Shown here: piece after piece, positions 1 through 19,856 of the stretch
How the letters are laid out: the number at the start of each line of letters is the position of its first letter
How positions within the stretch are numbered: position 1 is the first letter of the stretch
Assembly (NCBI GenBank): GCA_963716745.1
Contig: OY970320.1
Span: forward strand, 2,752,001 to 2,816,000
Length of the DNA stretch: 64,000 nucleotides
DNA from: an uncultured Gemmatimonadaceae bacterium
GTDB lineage: Bacteria > Gemmatimonadota > Gemmatimonadetes > Gemmatimonadales > Gemmatimonadaceae
Direction: 5' to 3'
Made by a program: the position numbers and the translations under genes
The notes under the pieces: generated by a model
What the model was told of the DNA's origin: nothing
Databases searched by the model: none
Seen by the model: only the letters and a program-made list of their open reading frames with translations

Positions 1-33
1 GATCGGCATCATCGTCGCTTTGCTCGGAACGCA

Positions 34-576
34 GTGGCAGGCGCGCGCCGCTCGGCGGAGCGCGTCGCCGGCGTGAGACCTGCGTCGCCGGCGCGGCGGT
101 GGACCGGCACCGCGCCGGCGAGACTGCGGTTCGATTGGGTGCACAAGTCCTACGTGGCAGGCGTGCCCGGATGTTCCGCGCGCGTTCGCGTGTTGTGTGG
201 CGTGAGATTGTCGGTTCGACCTGGCGAGCTCGTCGCGATCGCGGGCAATGCTGGGTCGGGCAAGAGCACCTTGTTGCTCTGCGCTGAGGGGCTCATGCGC
301 CCGGATCTCGGATCGGTGCGCCGCAGTCGCGGGGAGTTGTTGTGCGTCGATGATGCGCCTGATCTTGCCGCACTCGCCCGCGCGGCCGCGCGGGGCGCCG
401 CAGTGCTCGCCGCCGTGCGCGATCCGGCGCGTGCCGTCGAGATCGGCGCGCGGGTGCTCGTGCTGCACGATGGCCGGCTCACACCCTTCGCTGCGCCTGC
501 GGCGGCGCGCGATGCGGCGCGCCGTGTCGCCGAGCGTGTGCGCCGGTCCGTTGACCGTGTCGCACGAGGGGCCTAG
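34..576 (+). CDS. Short, degenerate ABC-ATPase-like protein
   Basis: Walker A GNAGSGKST and C-terminal VLVLHDGRL; no LSGGQ signature. Confidence 0.5.
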   Translation: MAGARRSAERVAGVRPASPARRWTGTAPARLRFDWVHKSYVAGVPGCSARVRVLCGVRLSVRPGELVAIAGNAGSGKSTLLLCAEGLMRPDLGSVRRSRGELLCVDDAPDLAALARAAARGAAVLAAVRDPARAVEIGARVLVLHDGRLTPFAAPAAARDAARRVAERVRRSVDRVARGA

Positions 577-579
577 CTT
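551..579 (+). promoter_or_regulatory. Sigma70-like promoter for cysS
   Basis: TTGACC-N17-TAGCTT about 40 nt before the cysS ATG. Confidence 0.5.
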
Positions 580-619
580 CCGAATCGCCTCCGCCGATCG
601 CAATCCCGCCGCCGCGCCG

Positions 620-2032
620 ATGACCGAATTCCGTCTCTACAACACGCTCACGAGGCGCGTCGAACCCTTCGCGCCCGCCGATGGCCGCACGGTGCGCATG
701 TACACGTGCGGACCCACCGTGTACAACCCGGCGCACCTCGGCAATTTCCGCACGTTCCTGTTCGAGGATCTGCTGCGGCGCGCGCTGCGGCTGCACGGGT
801 GGAGCGTGATGCAGGTGATGAACCTCACCGATGTGGATGACAAGATCATCGCGCGCGCGACCGAACGCGGGCTCACGATCACGCAGGTCACCGCGTCGCC
901 CACCGAGGCGTTCCATCGCGACCGCGAGTTCCTGCGCATCGAGAGCGCCGAGATCTATCCGAAGGCGACCGACCACATCCCCGAGATGATCGCGATGGTG
1001 CAGGCGCTCGAGGCGAAGGGATTGGCGTACAAGGCCGAGGACGGCTCGGTGTATTTCGCGATCGCCAAGTTCCCGGAGTACGGGCGGCTGTCGCGTCTCG
1101 ATACGCGCGAGATCCGCGCCGGTGCGCGCGTCGCGGCGGATGACTACAACAAAGAGGACGTGCGCGATTTCGCACTCTGGAAGGCCGCGAAACCCGAGGA
1201 TGAGAAAGCGGGCGCGGCCTGGGATTCTCCCTGGGGACGCGGACGTCCCGGCTGGCATCTCGAGTGCTCGGCGATGGCCAAGCGCTACCTGGGCGAGACG
1301 CTCGACCTGCATGCCGGCGGCGTGGACCTGATCTTCCCGCATCATGAGGACGAGATCGCTCAGAGCGAGGGTGCGAACGGCGTGACGTTCGCGCGCTGCT
1401 GGTGCCATGGTGAGTTCCTCCTCACCGAGGGCGCGAAGATGGCGAAGCGGGTGGGGAACGTCGCGAACGTGGAGGACATTCGCGAGCGCGGGATCTCGCC
1501 GGCGGCGGTGCGGCATTTCATGTTCAACGTGCACTATCGCAAGCAGCTGAACCTCACGGACGAGGCGCTCGAGGCGAGCATCGTAGCGGTGCGCCGCATC
1601 GGGGAATTCGCCGCGCGATTGGCCGCCGCGGAGTCGGGAACGCCGGCGATGGCGAAGGCGGCGGAGGAGTTAGAGCAGGATGCGAGCGCGGCGCTCTTCG
1701 AGGACTTGAACGCGCCGGAGGCGCTGGGTGCATTGTTCAAGTTCCTGAACCGAATGAACGCGGAATTGGATGCCGGCGGGATCGACACGGCCGGTCTCGA
1801 GCGCGCGCGCGCGGCGTTCGCGAAGGTGAATGGCGTGCTGGACCTCGTGCCCGAGGCGGCGCGGGTGGACACCGAGTTGGCGGCGTGGGTGGACGATCGT
1901 TTAGCGGCCCGGGTGGCGGCCCGAGCGGCGCGCGATTTCGCGACCGCAGACGCGGTGCGGAAGGAGCTGGAAGGGCGCGGGATCGCGATCGAGGACACGC
2001 CTCAGGGGACACGGTGGAAGAAGCTGCGGTAG
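620..2032 (+). CDS. cysS: Cysteine--tRNA ligase
   Basis: MYTCGPTVY..HLGN, GRPGWHLECSAM, DLHAGGVDLIFPHHEDE, KMAKR (KMSKS-like). Confidence 0.97.
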   Translation: MTEFRLYNTLTRRVEPFAPADGRTVRMYTCGPTVYNPAHLGNFRTFLFEDLLRRALRLHGWSVMQVMNLTDVDDKIIARATERGLTITQVTASPTEAFHRDREFLRIESAEIYPKATDHIPEMIAMVQALEAKGLAYKAEDGSVYFAIAKFPEYGRLSRLDTREIRAGARVAADDYNKEDVRDFALWKAAKPEDEKAGAAWDSPWGRGRPGWHLECSAMAKRYLGETLDLHAGGVDLIFPHHEDEIAQSEGANGVTFARCWCHGEFLLTEGAKMAKRVGNVANVEDIRERGISPAAVRHFMFNVHYRKQLNLTDEALEASIVAVRRIGEFAARLAAAESGTPAMAKAAEELEQDASAALFEDLNAPEALGALFKFLNRMNAELDAGGIDTAGLERARAAFAKVNGVLDLVPEAARVDTELAAWVDDRLAARVAARAARDFATADAVRKELEGRGIAIEDTPQGTRWKKLR

Positions 2033-2056
2033 CGAGAGATAGGGCACTTCGCGGTC

Positions 2057-2085
2057 TTGACGGTTGCGCACCATTTGTTTAGTTT
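2057..2085 (+). promoter_or_regulatory. Sigma70-like promoter of tRNA-tuf operon
   Basis: TTGACG-N17-TAGTTT upstream of the first tRNA. Confidence 0.65.
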
Positions 2086-2111
2086 GCAAGTCTCGCGCAA
2101 AACGGCCGTCT

Positions 2112-2184
2112 GCTGACGTAGCTCAATTGGCAGAGCACCTGATTTGTAATCAGGCGGTTGCGAGTTCGATTCTCGCCGTCAGCT
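2112..2184 (+). tRNA. tRNA-Thr(TGT)
   Basis: Cloverleaf; anticodon arm CCTGA-TT-TGT-AA-TCAGG; GTTCGA T-loop. Confidence 0.95.
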
Positions 2185-2241
2185 CTGGTGCAAGCTCGCG
2201 TCGCGTAGAGTACGTCCGGCGGTCGGCCGTTTGCGTAACAC

Positions 2242-2324
2242 GGTGGGGTACCCAAGCGGCCAACGGGAGCAGACTGTAAATCTGCCGGCTCACGCCTTCG
2301 AAGGTTCGAATCCTTCCCCCACCA
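2242..2324 (+). tRNA. tRNA-Tyr(GTA)
   Basis: GCAGA-CT-GTA-AA-TCTGC; long variable arm; GTTCGAATC. Confidence 0.95.
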
Positions 2325-2390
2325 TTCTAGAAGGGACCGGGGCAGAAGACGTGTCCCGGCAGGAGACGGTACTCGAAGTCGGCAACTCGT

Positions 2391-2463
2391 GCGGGAGTAG
2401 CTCAGTTGGTAGAGCGCAAGCCTTCCAAGCTTGATGTCGCGGGTTCGAGCCCCGTCTCCCGCT
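2391..2463 (+). tRNA. tRNA-Gly(TCC)
   Basis: CAAGC-CT-TCC-AA-GCTTG. Confidence 0.95.
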
Positions 2464-2502
2464 TGTGATGCGTACGAGGGTGGCAGCTGAGCAGGTGAAC
2501 TC

Positions 2503-2575
2503 GCTCGCGTAGCTCAGTTGGTAGAGCACACCCTTGGTAAGGGTGAGGTCATCGGTTCAATCCCGATCGCGAGCT
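2503..2575 (+). tRNA. tRNA-Thr(GGT)
   Basis: CACCC-TT-GGT-AA-GGGTG. Confidence 0.95.
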
Positions 2576-2584
2576 TGGCACGAC

Positions 2585-2648
2585 GCGGGAAGCGGCAAGC
2601 GGGAAGCGCGATCGGGAGAGCGGTTTCGCTTCCCTCTTCCCGCTTCCC
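2585..2648. repeat. Hairpin built from GCGGGAA heptamer repeats
   Basis: GGGAAGCGGCAAGCGGGAAGCG ... CGCTTCCCTCTTCCCGCTTCCC. Confidence 0.75.
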
Positions 2649-2685
2649 TGTAACATGGGACTTTCAACTACTAGGGATCTAGAAG

Positions 2686-3879
<1,194 letters not shown>

Positions 3880-3884
3880 CCACG

Positions 3885-3947
3885 CGGGACTCGGGACTCG
3901 GGACTGGGGCTCTCCAACTGAGCCCGAGTCCCGAGTCCCGAATCCCG
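3885..3947. repeat. Hairpin built from CGGGACT/AGTCCCG heptamer repeats
   Basis: (CGGGACT)x3 ... AGCCCG-AGTCCCG-AGTCCCG-AATCCCG. Confidence 0.8.
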
Positions 3948-3970
3948 AAGACTTTCAATAGGGATCTTGA

Positions 3971-4123
3971 ATGCCCCGCGAAAAGATCATTCTGGCCTGC
4001 AACGACTGTAAGAACCGCAACTACTTCACCGACAAGAACCGCCGGACGCATCCGGAGCGGGTCGAGTGGAAGAAGTATTGCCCGCGTTGCAACACGCACA
4101 CGCTGCACAAGGAAACCAAGTGA
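3971..4123 (+). CDS. rpmG: 50S ribosomal protein L33 (Zn-binding type)
   Basis: [18 protein letters not shown]...[17 protein letters not shown] (translated by hand; below the ORF-track cutoff). Confidence 0.95.
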   Translation: MPREKIILACNDCKNRNYFTDKNRRTHPERVEWKKYCPRCNTHTLHKETK

Positions 4124-4356
4124 GCCTGTCCACCAGCCTCGCGTCGGTCGGCACCGCCGTGAAGGGGACGCCGGAGTTCCTGCGTGAAGTGCGCAAGGAG
4201 CTCGAGAAGGTGACGTGGCCCGACCGGGAACAGCTCCAGCAGGCAACGGTCACCATCATCATCTTCGTGCTGGTGATCGCGGCCTTCATCGCGGTCATGG
4301 ACGTCTCGCTGCAAGCGATCCTCGTGAAGGGCATCCCGAGTCTGTTCGGAGCATGA
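4120..4356 (+). CDS. secE: Preprotein translocase subunit SecE
   Basis: [15 protein letters not shown] plus one TM helix; GTG start overlaps the rpmG stop. Confidence 0.92.
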   Translation: MSLSTSLASVGTAVKGTPEFLREVRKELEKVTWPDREQLQQATVTIIIFVLVIAAFIAVMDVSLQAILVKGIPSLFGA

Positions 4357-4907
4357 ACACCGTGGAAGCACACCGGTTCTACGCCATTCAAACGACGGCG
4401 GGGCACGAGAACAAAGTGCGCTCGCTCATCCAGCGGCGGATCGATGCGGATCCGCTCCCGCCGGAGGAGCGTCCCATCCGTCAGGCGCTCGTGCCGGTAC
4501 AGGAAGTGGTGGAGATCAAGAACGGCAAGAAGGTCAACGTCGAGCGGAAGATCTATCCGGGCTACGTGCTCGTGGAGATGACGGTCGACCAGGAAACGCT
4601 GCACGCGATCAACGGCATCCAGGGCGTGATCAAGTTCGTCGGCAAGGAACGCTTCCCCCAGGCGCTGCGCCCGGAAGAGGTGAACCGCCTGCTGGGCATC
4701 GCCGACGAGCAGGAACAGGAAGAGCCGCAGGAGGAGATCCCGTTCCTCGTCGGCCAGGCCGTGGCGATCACGGAAGGACCGTTCACCGATTTCAACGGCA
4801 CGGTGGAAGAGGTCTTCCCGGATAAAGGGAAGGTCCGTGTCTCGGTCTCCTTGTTCGGACGGCCGACGAGTGTCGAGCTGGATTATTTGCAACTGAAGGG
4901 ACATTGA
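4353..4907 (+). CDS. nusG: Transcription termination/antitermination factor NusG
   Basis: IYPGYVLVEM, KOW motif GPFTDFNG, SLFGRPTSVEL. Confidence 0.97.
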   Translation: MNTVEAHRFYAIQTTAGHENKVRSLIQRRIDADPLPPEERPIRQALVPVQEVVEIKNGKKVNVERKIYPGYVLVEMTVDQETLHAINGIQGVIKFVGKERFPQALRPEEVNRLLGIADEQEQEEPQEEIPFLVGQAVAITEGPFTDFNGTVEEVFPDKGKVRVSVSLFGRPTSVELDYLQLKGH

Positions 4908-4990
4908 ACGAGAGACTTAGACGTTAGACTGAGACGTTAGAAGGCAACGGCAACTGCAACGCTACAGCAACTGCAACCGCTACAGCAACA
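4908..4990. repeat. Short tandem repeat tract (TTAGACG-like heptamers then GCAACT-like hexamers)
   Basis: GACTTAGACGTTAGACTGAGACGTTAGA; GCAACGGCAACTGCAAC..GCAACTGCAAC. Confidence 0.65.
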
Positions 4991-5145
4991 CGGCGTTCGT
5001 TCTCGCGCCGCCGGGCAGAGTGCTTCGCCTGGCCGTCGGGTACCACGACGACGTAAAACCGAACTGTGGGAGTTCACCGCGCGGCGGTGATCGTGCTGGT
5101 GCATCGGCGCCAGTTGGTCTGCCGCGGTAACGCTAGGGATGGAGC

Positions 5146-5571
5146 ATGGCAAAGAAGGCGACGGGCTTCGTCAAGCTGCAGGTCGTCGCCGGACGCGCGA
5201 ATCCCGCGCCTCCGGTCGGCACCGCGCTGGGGCCCCACGGCATCAACATCATGGCGTTCTGTAAAGAGTTCAACGCCAGGACGCAGTCCCAGGATGGCAT
5301 GATCCTCCCCGTGGAGGTCACCATCTTCTCGGACAAATCGTTCACGTTCATCCTCAAGACCCCGCCGGCGGCGATCCTCCTCAAGAAGGAAGCCGGCATC
5401 GAGAAGGGCTCGGGCGTTCCCAACCGCAACAAGGTCGGGAAGGTCACCCGCGCCCAAGTGCGCAAGATCGCGGAGATCAAGCTGCCCGACCTCAACACGG
5501 ACAACATCGATTCCGCGATGGCGATGATCGCCGGCGCGGCGCGCTCGATGGGGATCGAGGTGGAAGGCTAA
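5146..5571 (+). CDS. rplK: 50S ribosomal protein L11
   Basis: [21 protein letters not shown]. Confidence 0.98.
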   Translation: MAKKATGFVKLQVVAGRANPAPPVGTALGPHGINIMAFCKEFNARTQSQDGMILPVEVTIFSDKSFTFILKTPPAAILLKKEAGIEKGSGVPNRNKVGKVTRAQVRKIAEIKLPDLNTDNIDSAMAMIAGAARSMGIEVEG

Positions 5572-6263
5572 TGGCGCACACTCACGGCAAGAAATACCGG
5601 AGCGCCGCCGAGAAGCGCGAGCTCGCCAAGGGCTACGCGCCCAAGCAGGCGATCGACATCGTGAAGGGCGGCGCCTTCGCCAAGTTCGATGAAACAGTCG
5701 AGATCGCGGTGCGACTCGGCGTCGATCCGCGCCACGCCGACCAGGTCGTGCGCGGCACGGTGGTCCTCCCCGCCGGCACCGGCAAAACGGTGCGCGTCGC
5801 GGTGATCGCCGTCGGCGAGAAGGCGCGTGAAGCGGAAGCCGCCGGAGCCGATTTCGTCGGCCCCGAGCTGCTGCCGAAGATCAAGGAAGGCTGGATGGAA
5901 TTCGATGTGCTCATCGCCACGCCCGACCAGATGGGTCAGGTCGGCCAGCTGGGACGCGTGCTCGGTCCCCGCGGGCTCATGCCGAACCCGAAGGCCGGCA
6001 CGGTCACGATGGATGTGACGCGCGCGGTGAAGGAAGTGAAGGGCGGCAAGATCGAGTTCCGCGTGGACAAGAGCGGCAACGTCCACGCGCCGATCGGCAA
6101 AGTGTCGTTCAGCGCCGACGCGCTCAACGAGAATTTCACGGCGTTCATGGACCAGATCATGCGCGCGAAGCCCGCGGCCTCGAAGGGCGTTTACGTCCGG
6201 AACGTCGCGGTCTCCAGCACGATGGGACCCGGCGTCACGATCGACACCACTCCGTACCGGTAA
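5571..6263 (+). CDS. rplA: 50S ribosomal protein L1
   Basis: [24 protein letters not shown]. Confidence 0.98.
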   Translation: MAHTHGKKYRSAAEKRELAKGYAPKQAIDIVKGGAFAKFDETVEIAVRLGVDPRHADQVVRGTVVLPAGTGKTVRVAVIAVGEKAREAEAAGADFVGPELLPKIKEGWMEFDVLIATPDQMGQVGQLGRVLGPRGLMPNPKAGTVTMDVTRAVKEVKGGKIEFRVDKSGNVHAPIGKVSFSADALNENFTAFMDQIMRAKPAASKGVYVRNVAVSSTMGPGVTIDTTPYR

Positions 6264-6269
6264 CCGACC

Positions 6270-6788
6270 ATGAATCGCACGGAGAAAGAGCAGCTCCAGT
6301 CCGAGCTGACCGAGAAGATCAAGGGCGCGAAGGCCTTCTACTATACTGATTTCACGGGCCTGAACGTCAAATCCATGACGGACCTCCGCCGCCGGTTCCG
6401 CCGCGCGGGCGTCGAGTACGTCGTGATCAAGAACTCGCTGGCGCTGCGCTCGGTGAAGGAGATCGGGCTCACGGCGCAGGCGCTGAAGGGCCCGACCGGC
6501 ATCGTCATCGGGAAGGATCCGGTGGCCGCCGCGAAGGTGCTCGCGGATTTCGCGAAGGAACACGAGCAGAAGCCGTCGGTGAAGGGCGGCATGCTCGATG
6601 GCAAGCAGATCGGCGTGGCCGAAGTGAAGAAGCTCGCGACGCTCCCCTCACGGGAGCAGATGCTGGCCGAACTGGCTGCCGGACTGCAGTCGCCGCTCGC
6701 AGCGTTCGCGGGTGCGATGAACGGAATGCTCACGATGATGGTCGGTGCACTCGAGGCCCTGCGCACGCAGCGCGAAGGCTCGAACTAA
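6270..6788 (+). CDS. rplJ: 50S ribosomal protein L10
   Basis: [22 protein letters not shown]; synteny. Confidence 0.96.
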   Translation: MNRTEKEQLQSELTEKIKGAKAFYYTDFTGLNVKSMTDLRRRFRRAGVEYVVIKNSLALRSVKEIGLTAQALKGPTGIVIGKDPVAAAKVLADFAKEHEQKPSVKGGMLDGKQIGVAEVKKLATLPSREQMLAELAAGLQSPLAAFAGAMNGMLTMMVGALEALRTQREGSN

Positions 6789-6855
6789 TCCAGGCGGATC
6801 GCCTGACTTTTCACGCCCCAGGACGACGCCTGGGCTACGCTCTAGGAGAATCACA

Positions 6856-7251
6856 ATGGCACACACGAAGCTGAGCAACGACGAGATCCTCGAATCGATC
6901 GGTAACCTGTCGGTGTTCGAACTCGCCGAGCTCATCGAGGCGTTCAAGACCAAGTTCAACGTGACGATCTCGGCCGCTCCGGCGGCCGCGGCGCCCGCGG
7001 CCGGCGGTGGCGCCGGTGCGGCGGCGGCGAAGGAAGAGCAGACGGAGTTCACGCTCATGCTCAAGGACGCCGGCGCGAAGAAGATCCAGGTCATCAAGGT
7101 CGTGCGCGAGCTCACGGGTCTCGGACTCAAGGAAGCGAAGGACCTCGTCGATGGCGCCCCGAGCACGGTGAAGGCCGCCGTGACGAAGGACGAAGCGGCA
7201 GCGATGAAGGCCAAGCTCGAAGAGCAGGGCGCGACGGTCGAGGTCAAGTAA
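6856..7251 (+). CDS. rplL: 50S ribosomal protein L7/L12
   Basis: [37 protein letters not shown]. Confidence 0.98.
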   Translation: MAHTKLSNDEILESIGNLSVFELAELIEAFKTKFNVTISAAPAAAAPAAGGGAGAAAAKEEQTEFTLMLKDAGAKKIQVIKVVRELTGLGLKEAKDLVDGAPSTVKAAVTKDEAAAMKAKLEEQGATVEVK

Positions 7252-7262
7252 CGACCACGGGA

Positions 7263-7288
7263 CCCGGGCGGGGATCCTCCCGCCCGGG
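7263..7288 (+). terminator. GC-rich hairpin after rplL (possible attenuator/terminator)
   Basis: CCCGGGCGGG-N6-CCCGCCCGGG; no U-tract. Confidence 0.45.
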
Positions 7289-7470
7289 AACTGCCGTGAG
7301 GCAAGCCGGTTCCACCGGCCCCCGCCTCCGGTCGACACTTGATCCCGGCACGAATGGCTCTTCACCACGTTCTGTTGCACACAATCAGTTCAGTCGGGCC
7401 CTCCACCCCGTTCCCGCGAAATCCTTCGCGGATCCGGGGAGGGGCTCTTTCGTCTGCGCGCGAGTAATCC

Positions 7471-12102
<4,632 letters not shown>

Positions 12103-12105
12103 ACC

Positions 12106-16431
<4,326 letters not shown>

Positions 16432-16453
16432 TTCTTCGCGCCGAGCGAGAATC

Positions 16454-16492
16454 GAACGGCCCGCGGGAATCTCCCGCGGGCCGTTCTGCTTT
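16454..16492 (+). terminator. Intrinsic terminator after rpoC
   Basis: GAACGGCCCGCGGGA-ATC-TCCCGCGGGCCGTTC followed by TGCTTT. Confidence 0.75.
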
Positions 16493-16498
16493 CTACTC

Positions 16499-16673
16499 CG
16501 TGAGTCGCACCCCCAACTCCGTACTTGGTCACCCGGACTCCGCGTGTGGCGCCTGACGTGTGGTACCCGCGAAAGCGGGGCTGGTACGAACCCCGCCGTC
16601 CGTGCAGTACCACACGTCATACGCCACACGCGGCGTTCGGGTGACCAATGCGGAGTTCGGGGTGCCGCTCGCG
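16499..16673. repeat. Long imperfect inverted repeat (REPIN/MITE-like)
   Basis: Arms of about 68 bp at 16499-16566 and 16607-16673; inner CCCGC-GAAA-GCGGG hairpin. Confidence 0.8.
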
Positions 16674-16710
16674 CCCCTCAGTAGTCATGCCGGCTCAATC
16701 GAGTCGAGGA

Positions 16711-18600
16711 TCAATGGATGTCCTCATACTCCGCTGGTTTCACCAGATGATGATTGAACCCGGCTTCGCGCGAGATCCGGCTGTCGCGCTCCTGCCCGTA
16801 TCCCGTCACCGCGACGAGGATCGTGTGCTTGAGCTCGGGGAGCTGGCGCATGCGCCGCGCCACTTCGTGGCCGCTCATCCCCGGCAAGCCGATGTCCAGC
16901 AGCACGGCGTGGGGCAGGTAGTCGAGCGCCACCTGCAGCGCGCTCGCGCCGTCGTACGCGGTGCGCACATCGTGCCCCGCTGTCGCGCAGGATGAGTCGC
17001 GGTGCTCTCGCGCCATGTCCACATCATCATCCACCACGAGCACGCGGACATGCTTGCGCGCCGGCTCGAGTCGCGCCGCTCACGCTGGCGCGCTGGCTTG
17101 CGCCGCGGGCGTCCGACTCGACCGGCAGACGCACGACGAACTCGCTGCCTTGCCCACACGCACTGTAGCGCCTCGACCGTCCCCCCGTGCATTTCCACCA
17201 GCCGTTGCACCAGACGCACAGCCCGATGCCCAGCCCGCCTTGCGAGCGGTCGGGCGACCGTTCCGCCTGCGTGAACAGGTCGAAGATGCGCGGCAGCAGT
17301 TCGGGGGCGATGCCGACGCCCGTATCCCGCACGCTCGACCACGCACTCCTCGTGCTCCTGCCGCACGGTCAGCCAGATGTGGCCGCCTTCGTCGGTGTAC
17401 TTGGCGGCGTTGGTGAGCAGGTTCACCACCACCTGTTCCAGCCGGCGGCGTCGGCGTGCAGCCAGATCGGTTGCGGTCGGCAGCGACACCGTGAGCTCAT
17501 GCCTGCGTTGTTCGATCAGCGGGCGGACCGTCTCCACCGCACGTTCCACGATGCCGCTCACGGCGACCCGTTCCTGGCGCAGCTGGATCCTGCCGGTGGT
17601 GATGCGGGAGACTTCCAGCAGGTCATCGACGAGATGCGTCAGTTGCCCCACCTGACGCTCGATGATGCGTGCGGGCTTGCTGCTGGATCGGGTTCTCGCT
17701 CGCTTCTGGAGCCGGAGCAGATGCACGGCGTTGAGGATGGGGGCGAGGGGTTGCGAAGTTCGTGGACTGAGCATCGCCAGGAACTCGTCCTTGCGGCGGT
17801 GCAGGTCGGCCAACGCCGCCGCCTGCTCCTGCGTCTGTCCGCTCCAAGCGGCTGCGTTCGCTGATGTCCCGGATGTTGCACTGGGCGACGTGCCGCTGGT
17901 CCACCTGATAGACGTTGCTGACGAACTCGACTTCGACCTGCTCGCCGCTCTTGGTTTCGAGCGGCAGGTGGTCGTAGCGGATGTAGCCCTTCTCTTGCAG
18001 TTCTCGGTAGGCGGCTTCGTTCGCCGCCTTGTCTCCGAACAGGCCGATCTCCCAGAGTTCCTTGCCCAGGAACTCGTCGTGCGCGTAGCCCAGCAGTCCG
18101 TCATGAACGGGTTGGCGTCGATGATCTTCCCGGTGTCGGCGTCGAGGATCAGGATGCCGTCCTTGGCCGTCTGGAACAGCCGCCGATACCGGACTTCGGA
18201 GTCTGCATCGGCGACTTCCGCCCGCCTGCGTTCGGTGATGTCCTCGATGGCAAGCAGGATCAGTTCCGGCTGGCTGTCGGCGACGACTCGAAGCGGCGGG
18301 CGTTGAGCAGCATGACCTTCGCCCGATCGCCGGGAAGTCGTGTTCGACCTCGAAGTCGTGGAACGGACTGCTTCTGCGGCAGGACTTCCTCCAGCAGCGT
18401 CCGCAGGCGCGGGATGTCCCACTGGCCGGTTGCCCAGGTCGTAGACGAAGCGGCCTTCCGTCTCCTCCTTCGAGACGTGGAACGTCTCGTAGAAGGCGGC
18501 GTTCGCCGTCTGGACCCGCAGGCTCTTGTCGAGGACGAGGAACGGCTCGCGCGTGCGGGCATACTGGCGTACGCGAGCGACCGCGTGGCGCTGCGTTTAC
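16711..18600 (-). CDS. PAS-PAS hybrid histidine kinase with C-terminal receiver (frameshifted, 5' end unclear)
   Basis: LGNGQWDIPRLR PAS, KDEFLAML-HELRNP H-box, NLLTNAAKYT, DTGVGI/GLGIGL, LLDIGLPGMSG receiver. Confidence 0.85.
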
Positions 18601-18615
18601 GACACGGATGATGTG

Positions 18616-18670
18616 ACGCCACGCGGGAGTTCGGGTGACGTCACGTACGGAGTTCAGGGTGCGACTCACG
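18616..18670. repeat. Solo copy of the 16.5-kb repeat arm, inverted relative to 16499-16553
   Basis: Reverse complement CGTGAGTCGCACCCTGAACTCCGTACGTGACGTCACCCGAACTCC matches CGTGAGTCGCACCCCCAACTCCGTACTTGGTCACCCGGACTCC. Confidence 0.8.
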
Positions 18671-18707
18671 CAATTCGGGGATTAGCTTGTGGAATAGGAG
18701 GTAGCGT

Positions 18708-19409
18708 ATGCCCGAAGAAATGAAGATCGTGATCCGCAAGGATTCTTCTCTCCTCGTCACCGGCGAAGTTCCGCTGGCCATTCAGATCATCGTCCCCAAC
18801 GAGGACGGCCTCTCCTGGCAATGGAAGGAAGGCCACAAGTTCGAGGACAAGCCCAAGTATTCCCTCTGCCGCTGCGGCCATTCCAAGAACAAGCCGTACT
18901 GCGACACGTCGCACAAGGAATTCGGCTTCGACGGCACCGAGACCGCCGACCGCACGCCGATCTCGGAAAAGTCCGAAGTGTTCGACGGCCCCGAGCTGAG
19001 ACTCGAAGACGATGAGGACCTCTGCGCCTTCGCGCGATTCTGCGATCCGGGCGGCAAGATCTGGTCGCTCATGGAGAACACCGGCGATCCCAAAGTGCGC
19101 GACCTCGCGATCCGTGAAGCAATGCATTGTCCCGCCGGCCGCCTCGTGATGGTGGACAAGGCGAAGGACGAAGCGCTCGAGCCCGATCTCCCGCCGTCCA
19201 TCGGCGTCGTCGAAGACCCCGTGCTCGGCGCCAGCGGCCCGCTCTGGGTGCGCGGCGGCATTCCCATTGAATCGCACGACGGCACCAAGTACGAAGTGCG
19301 CAATCGCGTGACCCTCTGCCGCTGCGGCGCCTCGCAGAACAAACCGTTCTGCAACGGCAGCCACGCGACCATCAAGTTCAAGGACGGCTTCCTGACGGAA
19401 AAGGCGTGA
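18708..19409 (+). CDS. CDGSH iron-sulfur domain protein (two CDGSH domains around a ferredoxin-like segment)
   Basis: LCRCGHSKNKPYCDTSH and LCRCGASQNKPFCNGSH; central CAFARFC/HCPAG. Confidence 0.9.
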   Translation: MPEEMKIVIRKDSSLLVTGEVPLAIQIIVPNEDGLSWQWKEGHKFEDKPKYSLCRCGHSKNKPYCDTSHKEFGFDGTETADRTPISEKSEVFDGPELRLEDDEDLCAFARFCDPGGKIWSLMENTGDPKVRDLAIREAMHCPAGRLVMVDKAKDEALEPDLPPSIGVVEDPVLGASGPLWVRGGIPIESHDGTKYEVRNRVTLCRCGASQNKPFCNGSHATIKFKDGFLTEKA

Positions 19410-19846
19410 CGCTACGTCGAGCCGTCGCGCGAAGCACAGTACAAGCTGATGGACGAAGCGCGCACCATCGCGATGGTCGGCGCGTCGTCCAATCAGGAGC
19501 GCGACTCGTACCACATCTTCGGCCGCCTGCTCAAAGTCGGCTACCACGTGATCCCGGTGAACCCGCGCGAAACGGTCGTACTCGGCCAGAAGGCGTACGC
19601 GATCGCTCGAGGACATCCCCGAGAAGGTGGATATCGTCGACGTGTTCCGGAAAGCCGAGGAGACTCCCGCGATCGCCGAGAGCGCCGTGAAGATCGGCGC
19701 GAAAGCGCTCTGGCTGCAGCAGGGGATCGCGAATGACGAGGCGGCCCGGATCGCCACCGAAGGCGGCCTTACTATAGTAATGGACAAATGCCTCGCGCAC
19801 CGCGCACACCCTGCTCGGCGTCCCGAAGCGCGACCGAACCACCTGA
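19406..19846 (+). CDS. CoA-binding protein (YccU-like), frameshifted
   Basis: IAMVGAS, VIPVNP, DIVDVFR, LWLQQGI, VMDKC. Confidence 0.85.
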
Positions 19847-19856
19847 GGCGTCGCCC

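Noticed and set aside
2064..2529. Short ORFs in the tRNA cluster
   Set aside because: They overlap clear tRNA genes
5060..5145. L1-binding leader upstream of rplK
   Set aside because: GTGGGAG is present but I could not identify the complementary half with confidence
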